This document shows, one piece after another, positions 25,212 to 30,035 of a stretch of DNA of 30,035 bases. The stretch spans positions 1 to 30,035 of IMG/VR virus record IMGVR_UViG_3300048578_000093. One strand, 5' to 3'. The notes beneath the pieces were generated by a model. That model saw only the letters and a program-made list of their open reading frames with translations, was not told the DNA's origin and made no database searches. Origin of the DNA: a virus (taxonomy: Duplodnaviria > Caudoviricetes). The translations under genes and the position numbers were made by a program. Every line of letters begins with the position of its first letter. The stretch's first letter is position 1.

Positions 25212-25369
25212 CGGTGTTCTTCGCCTCCTGCCCGCTTCGGGCTGGAACGCTTCCCGGGGCAGTCCGTGTCCCCAAGGCTCGAACCCATGCACTGCATTTC
25301 CCCGGGGCCGAGAAGCCGGTAGATGCAGCCGATGCAGTGTCCGGTCCGCTTGGCCTCGGCGATGGTCAC
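25208..25369 (-). CDS. 53-aa four-Cys protein
   Basis: GTGA/ATGA coupled on both sides; MTIAEAKRTGHCIGCIYRLLGPGEMQCMGSSLGDTDCPGKR... Confidence 0.55.
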   Translation of the reverse strand: MTIAEAKRTGHCIGCIYRLLGPGEMQCMGSSLGDTDCPGKRSSPKRAGGEEHR

Positions 25370-26238
25370 AGCGCCACCCCGTTAACCTTGGCCGGCCAAA
25401 GCCCGGAAAGCAGCATGTGCGTGATGCGTCCGACCCGGTTGGGGGTCTGGCGTGCCCATTTGGACAGGTTGAGATTACGGACGGCCCCCTCGAAATCGTG
25501 GGCGCGCAGGCAGGCGATGGTTTTTTTGAATGTGGCGGCCCCTCCGGCCCCGAGCTGATAGACCCCGGAGATAAATACGGCTTGGCGCACCTCGTCGAAC
25601 TCGTCGTCCCAGAGGGGCCAATGCGCTTCCAATTCGGCGATGGTGGCGGCCACCTCGGCCCGTAAGGCCCGGTCGGCCTGCTTGGCCGTCCAAACAAGGC
25701 CCTGGGCCTCGTTGTCGGGCACGCCGTGGGCTGTGAGGTTGTAGCCGTGGCCGATGTCCCAGACCTTGCCGATGCGGTCCCAATGCCCTTTGAGCACCAG
25801 ACCTTCCTCAGCTTTGAGCCAGGCAATGGTCTTTTCGAGGCCCGGGCCGCCGTTGGCGATGGAGGTGAAGGGCAGGGGGGTGGAAGAGGCAACCGGCTCC
25901 AGGGCAGCAGTCGGGGAGGATGCCAACCACTGCCCGTCTTCCGGCTCGTCGATCTCCACGCGGCAGAGGTCGGCGAAGAAGCGGAAATCGCCGCTCCAGC
26001 GCAGCACAAGGCCCAGGGCTTGGGCCGCCTGCCGGAATGCGGCGGAAATGGAGAAATACTGTGCTGGATCGGTGCTGGCCGGGTAGGGTGCTATGGCCAG
26101 GGATAGACCATTGCCGGCGGTCACCGTGAAATCGACCGGAGAAAGCTCAAGCGCCCGTGCGGCGACGGCCTGCAGGGCGGGATGACAGGTGGCCAATGCG
26201 GCCCGGGATCGTGCGCCAAATGTGTGCGGTTGTGCCAT
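25366..26238 (-). CDS. Endolysin: degenerate M15-like domain fused to T4-type (GH24) lysozyme
   Basis: FGARSRAALATCHPAL...SPVDFTVTAG...LRWSGDF; EEGLVLKGHWD...IGHG...SKWARQTPNR. Confidence 0.88.
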   Translation of the reverse strand: MAQPHTFGARSRAALATCHPALQAVAARALELSPVDFTVTAGNGLSLAIAPYPASTDPAQYFSISAAFRQAAQALGLVLRWSGDFRFFADLCRVEIDEPEDGQWLASSPTAALEPVASSTPLPFTSIANGGPGLEKTIAWLKAEEGLVLKGHWDRIGKVWDIGHGYNLTAHGVPDNEAQGLVWTAKQADRALRAEVAATIAELEAHWPLWDDEFDEVRQAVFISGVYQLGAGGAATFKKTIACLRAHDFEGAVRNLNLSKWARQTPNRVGRITHMLLSGLWPAKVNGVAL

Positions 26239-26308
26239 GGCGGCCCCCTTGTGGGCGGCCCGCCGCGCACCGCGCTTGGATGGGGTGGGGCGGGCCGTGT
26301 GTGGGGCC

Positions 26309-26354
26309 AGAGTGGGCGGGGAGTTGGACAGAGGCCATTACGTGGGTGAGAAAA
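26309..26354 (-). promoter_or_regulatory. Putative Mor-dependent late promoter (lysis/packaging)
   Basis: TTTTCTCA-N5-GTAATGGC-N3-TGTCC-N11-CACTCT, directly after mor. Confidence 0.7.
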
Positions 26355-26367
26355 TTATGAATTGAAA

Positions 26368-26622
26368 TCAGTCCCCCAGCACCCGGTAAACCGTCTTCTG
26401 GCTGACCCTAAACCGCTCAGCGAGCGATTCGATACCCACCCCGGCTCGGAATAGGCGTCTGATTTCCGCGTTTCGGGCGGAACGCGCTTGGACTTGTCCA
26501 CTCCCAGTAGGGATGTGCTCCAGAGAACCACCCCATTCGTCCACAATGGCCTTAACAGCCGCCCGGGCCTTCTCCTGGCCGATGGCCTGGGCTATGATAG
26601 CCTCAAGTTGCTCCTCCCTCAT
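26368..26622 (-). CDS. Mor/C-family late transcription activator
   Basis: EWGGSLEHIP...RNAEIRRLF..GVGIESLAERFRVSQKTVYRVL. Confidence 0.9.
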   Translation of the reverse strand: MREEQLEAIIAQAIGQEKARAAVKAIVDEWGGSLEHIPTGSGQVQARSARNAEIRRLFRAGVGIESLAERFRVSQKTVYRVLGD

Positions 26623-26635
26623 CGCCCCTCCTGCG

Positions 26636-27040
26636 CTATCCCCGGTATTCCTCGATCTCCCAAGACCCTTTGACAAATCGGGCAGCGAAGAACCGAAACC
26701 ACCAAAATTGCTCCGCTGCGACCTTCCACTTCACCCGGGCATCATCCTCCCAATGCCCCTTGCACTCGTGGATCTCGATGCAATCCGGGCGCACAGCCAC
26801 GAAATCGAAATTATAGAATGTGGCGTCGGCCAGCCGCAGCTTAAACGGCTCAAAGCGGGCGTCCAGGTACTCACCGGCCATGAGGCGAGGCTGCAGGATT
26901 TCGCGGTCATACTGCGCTTCAAGCTTGTTCATTTTCCCGGCTTGATGCGGTGCCCGACGTGCTGGACCGGGCCGCGCCCCGGGGACAATCCCGAGGCGTA
27001 AGGCGCGGTATTGAGCGGCAGACATGTGCTCTTGAGCCAT
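26636..27040 (-). CDS. DUF1064-like PD-(D/E)XK nuclease
   Basis: MNKLEAQY...KLRLADATFYNFDF...IHECKGHWEDDARVKWKVAA. Confidence 0.8.
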   Translation of the reverse strand: MAQEHMSAAQYRALRLGIVPGARPGPARRAPHQAGKMNKLEAQYDREILQPRLMAGEYLDARFEPFKLRLADATFYNFDFVAVRPDCIEIHECKGHWEDDARVKWKVAAEQFWWFRFFAARFVKGSWEIEEYRG

Positions 27041-27143
27041 CCTCACCATCCCCGCCCCGGTCGTCGTCGCCGGGGCCAAACTTGCCAAAACATGCAGTTT
27101 GCGAAATTTTGCAAACTGACCTCAATGCTTGACCGCTCGGGCG

Positions 27144-27569
27144 CTATTCGGCCGCCGCTTCGGCCGGCTTCTTCCCCCGCCGTTCCCACAAACGCATGTC
27201 CTTCATCTTCGCCCGCCGCTCCCGGGCCAACGACTTGCAGGCCAGGGCCTGGGTCTTCTTGTATCCGTACTTGGCCCGGTATTCGTCCGGGGTCAGGCCG
27301 TGGGTGGCGAGGTGCTTGCGGGTGAGGATTTTGAAAGACTTGCCGCACTCAAGGCACGTGATAGAGGCTTCCTTGATGGCCTTTTTAGGGTCCAGGCCGG
27401 GGGTCTGCACCACCTCGGCGGCGTAGCCAGTGATAACCATGCCGCCGGCCGCCGCCTGAATCCCGGCCGCGACTTTGGCGATCATGGACGTGATTTCGTC
27501 CTCGGTCATGGGCCGGGCACTGGCCTGAGCGGTCACGATTTCGACGGCGCTTTTGAGATAATCGTCCAT
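27144..27569 (-). CDS. mucR: MucR/Ros family regulator
   Basis: ITCLECGKSFKILTRKHLATHGLTPDEYRAKYG. Confidence 0.95.
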   Translation of the reverse strand: MDDYLKSAVEIVTAQASARPMTEDEITSMIAKVAAGIQAAAGGMVITGYAAEVVQTPGLDPKKAIKEASITCLECGKSFKILTRKHLATHGLTPDEYRAKYGYKKTQALACKSLARERRAKMKDMRLWERRGKKPAEAAAE

Positions 27570-27587
27570 GGTCTTCCTCCTGCCGGC

Positions 27588-27809
27588 CTAAGCGGCCGGG
27601 TTGGTGTCCTGCCGACGTTTCGCCGGCCTAAAATTTACTGCCCCACCTTTGCGGGGGTGAAATCCCCCAAGGCCCCGGATCGTCACCGTCTGCCCGGCCA
27701 GTAGTTGCCCCAGGATGGCCTCGGCCATACAGTCCACGACGCGCCGGGCGTCGGCCATGGAAAGTTTGCATTGGGCGGAGAGGTGGCGGATGAGGTCTTT
27801 ACGCTGCAC
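27588..27809 (-). CDS. HU/IHF-like DNA-binding protein with short arm
   Basis: RKDLIRHLSAQCKLSMADARRVVD...GQTVTIRGLGGF...VNFRPAK. Confidence 0.85.
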   Translation of the reverse strand: MQRKDLIRHLSAQCKLSMADARRVVDCMAEAILGQLLAGQTVTIRGLGGFHPRKGGAVNFRPAKRRQDTNPAA

Positions 27810-27981
27810 TGGTTCCCTCCCTTCGCATCCGCTCCAACACGGTCGTCTCGTATTTGCATTCCCGGACTTGTCCTAACGGCACGGCCTTCTCGGGGTGCTT
27901 GCCGAAATACAGGGCGCCCCAACACATGCCACCGGTGGCGCAACGCAGGGTGGGGTGGCGGTCGCAGGGCTTGGCGGTCAT
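27799..27981 (-). CDS. Hypothetical protein, 60 aa
   Basis: MTAKPCDRHP...; ATGA coupling. Confidence 0.5.
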   Translation of the reverse strand: MTAKPCDRHPTLRCATGGMCWGALYFGKHPEKAVPLGQVRECKYETTVLERMRREGTSAA

Positions 27982-28361
27982 TGCGGCCTCGCGCAGGGCG
28001 AACGCAGCTTTTCCATGGGGCCATTGATAAGCTGTAACCATTTTTTATTTAAAGCAATCTGGTCTGAGTCTGAAAGCCGGGCCTCGGGCAGGGCCGGAAG
28101 CTCTTGGTACGCCTTACCCTCGTTCAGCGCCTTGTCAGCGGCCAGCAAGTCAGCCGTCGTTGGCAGGAAAGAGGACAGTTTGCGGTGCTTCCGGCAGGCC
28201 AGGGCGAACCGTCCAGACGTCCAGCCTTCCTCGGCGAGGTCGTCCAGAATCATGGCCCCCAAAATATCCAGCTCGTCAGGGCTTTTCTGCGCCGCCGGGG
28301 AGAGCCGCATATTGAACAAATCCATGGCCGACCTGACCTGTTGCTGCGTTATTGCCTGCAT
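27978..28361 (-). CDS. Replication accessory protein (helicase-loader-associated-like)
   Basis: Follows initiator; ACRKHRKLSSFLPTTADLL. Confidence 0.6.
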   Translation of the reverse strand: MQAITQQQVRSAMDLFNMRLSPAAQKSPDELDILGAMILDDLAEEGWTSGRFALACRKHRKLSSFLPTTADLLAADKALNEGKAYQELPALPEARLSDSDQIALNKKWLQLINGPMEKLRSPCARPQ

Positions 28362-29313
28362 CTGAAATCCCCATTTCCGCCTTGAGGCGCTTGGCCGTTT
28401 GCTCGCTTTCCGTCTGCCGCTTATCTCGAATCGTGCGAGGTTGGGGGCCGGGCGGGCTGGCCCGGGCCGCCGGTATCGGGTTCAGCCACACCCTGTCCGC
28501 GAGGTAGTTGGAGAGTTTTGGGATTCTCCCACGCTGCCACTGGTCGCAGTTCCGGCGCTTGTCCAGATCGTCCACGATCCTGGCCAGGGGAAAATTGTGG
28601 CGCATGGCCTCGAAGGCCTTGTAGGCCGGCACGACATCAACGCAGCCTTTGGCCTGCTGGTAGGCCACCACGAGGTCTTGAAATTCGAAGGCACAATCGT
28701 TCAGGCTGGAAATTTCCGGGACGGCCGGCAGGGCGTCGGGATCGTCCTCGGGAGACGGGGGCAAGTCAGGGGCCTGCCCATCCCCCCCCGTGGGGGGTAG
28801 GGGGGACACCCTGTTATTCTCTTTTACGTAAGTAGGAGCAGGAGTAGGAGTAGTAGGGACCGTTGTACGACGTTGGTACGGCGTACCTTCGGCGTATAAG
28901 CGGTATTCGTCTTTCGTAATTCCAGACCGTCCGTCTGCCCTTATCCCGTCAGCAGCTTCCTTGTTCACCCGGGCCAGCCGGGAGAGGCGTGCGGCATCGC
29001 TACGGCTGTCGGCCTCGGCAGCCCACGAGTTATGATCCTCCCAGTCGTGGAGAAAAAAGGCATCGCCGTCCTGATCAAGCCACCGAAGGGACAAGAGCGT
29101 TTCCACGAACTTCCCTTCCTCTCCTGGCCACTTCGCGGCGATCTCGATAGCCTCGACATCCTCGCCTTTCAGGCTTCCGTCAGCGTGATTTTTTGCAGCC
29201 CAAGCCCACAGGACTTGAAGCGACTTCGGGCCTTGCAGCCCCAGGCGACGCTCAAGCTTAACCGTCTTGGGGTGGTCCCAAAATTCTGTTGAAAGGCGAA
29301 TGTCAGTGTTCAC
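28276..29313 (-). CDS. Phage replication initiator, 345 aa
   Basis: DIRLSTEFWDHPKTVKL...LHDWEDHN N-domain; PTP linker; QWQRGRIPKLSNYLADRVW C-domain. Confidence 0.85.
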   Translation of the reverse strand: MNTDIRLSTEFWDHPKTVKLERRLGLQGPKSLQVLWAWAAKNHADGSLKGEDVEAIEIAAKWPGEEGKFVETLLSLRWLDQDGDAFFLHDWEDHNSWAAEADSRSDAARLSRLARVNKEAADGIRADGRSGITKDEYRLYAEGTPYQRRTTVPTTPTPAPTYVKENNRVSPLPPTGGDGQAPDLPPSPEDDPDALPAVPEISSLNDCAFEFQDLVVAYQQAKGCVDVVPAYKAFEAMRHNFPLARIVDDLDKRRNCDQWQRGRIPKLSNYLADRVWLNPIPAARASPPGPQPRTIRDKRQTESEQTAKRLKAEMGISDAGNNAATGQVGHGFVQYAALPGGAEKP

Positions 29314-29684
29314 GACTTTTTCCCGTTGGTTCGCTTTTTGATTGATCCAACACAATTCATAGGCGGTTGAAGTCGTTTTATTAAACGAAGCTCTTTCATG
29401 GCCCAATCGCCATACTTTCGGCTGTATTGAACTTTTACTTTTAAACCATGAGATTGTCCCCAAGGCGTGAATATGGCTGTCGTATAGCCATACCTAAAAT
29501 TGTAAGAGCAGATTCTTTTTTGAACATTTGTTGATTGGCCGACATAAGCAACTTGTCCATCAAGATAGACTACGTATACGCCAGGAATTGGTTGAAAATC
29601 CCAAGGACCATCAAAGTCGTATGCAATCCAGTACGACCCAAGCCAGTCCTTGGCGTAAAATTGGAAAGCCGGGGCCTTGCCCAT
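29310..29684 (-). CDS. GIY-YIG nuclease
   Basis: PGVYVVY...YVGQSTNVQKRI...KELRLIKRLQPPMN; AT-rich. Confidence 0.88.
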   Translation of the reverse strand: MGKAPAFQFYAKDWLGSYWIAYDFDGPWDFQPIPGVYVVYLDGQVAYVGQSTNVQKRICSYNFRYGYTTAIFTPWGQSHGLKVKVQYSRKYGDWAMKELRLIKRLQPPMNCVGSIKKRTNGKKS

Positions 29685-29689
29685 GATTG

Positions 29690-29944
29690 CTACCCCTTCG
29701 CCCCGTCCAACCGTTCAAGCGCCCGCCTGGACACCGCATTGACGTGCCGAATCTCGGTCACCACGTCGGCCAGCGGCCGTCCCTCGTCCCGGTGGTCATT
29801 GATGGCCTGGAGCGCCCTGAGCCCAGCCTGGACAACCTCAAGCAACTCCTCGGCGAGGATGGTGCCCATGGAGTCCAGCGCGTCGGGAAAATCCGGGTGC
29901 CGGCGGCAAGCGTCGTCGTAGGCGGTTTGGAATTGATCGGTCAT
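29690..29944 (-). CDS. MazG-like all-alpha protein, 84 aa
   Basis: ILAEELLEVVQA...EIRHVNAVSRRALE. Confidence 0.55.
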   Translation of the reverse strand: MTDQFQTAYDDACRRHPDFPDALDSMGTILAEELLEVVQAGLRALQAINDHRDEGRPLADVVTEIRHVNAVSRRALERLDGAKG

Positions 29945-30035
29945 GATTTGGCCCCTGTCTGGACTTCGAGCTTTGCTGCCGTGCCTCGCAAGGGAATAAG
30001 GCACCCCTTGATCCAGGAAGCCAGCAAGGCATTCG
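29941..30035 (-). CDS. 3' end of an unidentified gene
   Basis: Open frame ...LEVQTGAKS ending in ATGA overlap. Confidence 0.35.
   Translation of the reverse strand, partial: NALLASWIKGCLIPLRGTAAKLEVQTGAKS

Larger units (their letters stand above)
1..30035. mobile_element. Prophage / temperate phage genome segment (replication, lysis, head, tail modules with morons)
   Basis: Syntenic minus-strand terS-terL-portal-scaffold-capsid-neck-tail tube-chaperone genes; no att sites or integrase in window. Confidence 0.97.

Noticed and set aside
24981-26009. 342-aa ORF overlapping the endolysin, possible embedded spanin
   Set aside because: Only the last 76 codons have an SD and protein-like composition; no lipobox or signal seen
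1-30035. CRISPR array, DGR, tRNA, IS element or integron
   Set aside because: No spaced repeat array, reverse transcriptase, cloverleaf, transposase or integrase seen

Overview
Central part of a temperate, probably siphovirus-type prophage of a Desulfovibrionaceae-like host (inferred from high GC and a Desulfovibrio-style MucR). Core genes run on the minus strand: replication/early genes (MazG-like, GIY-YIG, initiator, HU, MucR, DUF1064-like nuclease), Mor-family late activator, an unusual lysis cassette (chimeric endolysin, two holin-like genes, patatin phospholipase, no visible spanins), terS, terL, portal, minor head protein, scaffold, P22-coat-type capsid, head-tail proteins, Com, tail tube and a frameshifting tail chaperone. 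Two accessory blocks (1-4446 and 12940-18810) interrupt the late region. They hold three TA modules and two cassette types that each occur twice: RHH-antirepressor-micropeptide, and a pair of membrane micropeptides. Regulatory signals read from the sequence: three copies of a 29-bp putative Mor-dependent late promoter, a C4-like RNA complementary to an antirepressor leader, an SD-sequestering stem after com, and several apparently leaderless moron promoters. All family calls come from motif recognition by eye, not database searches.
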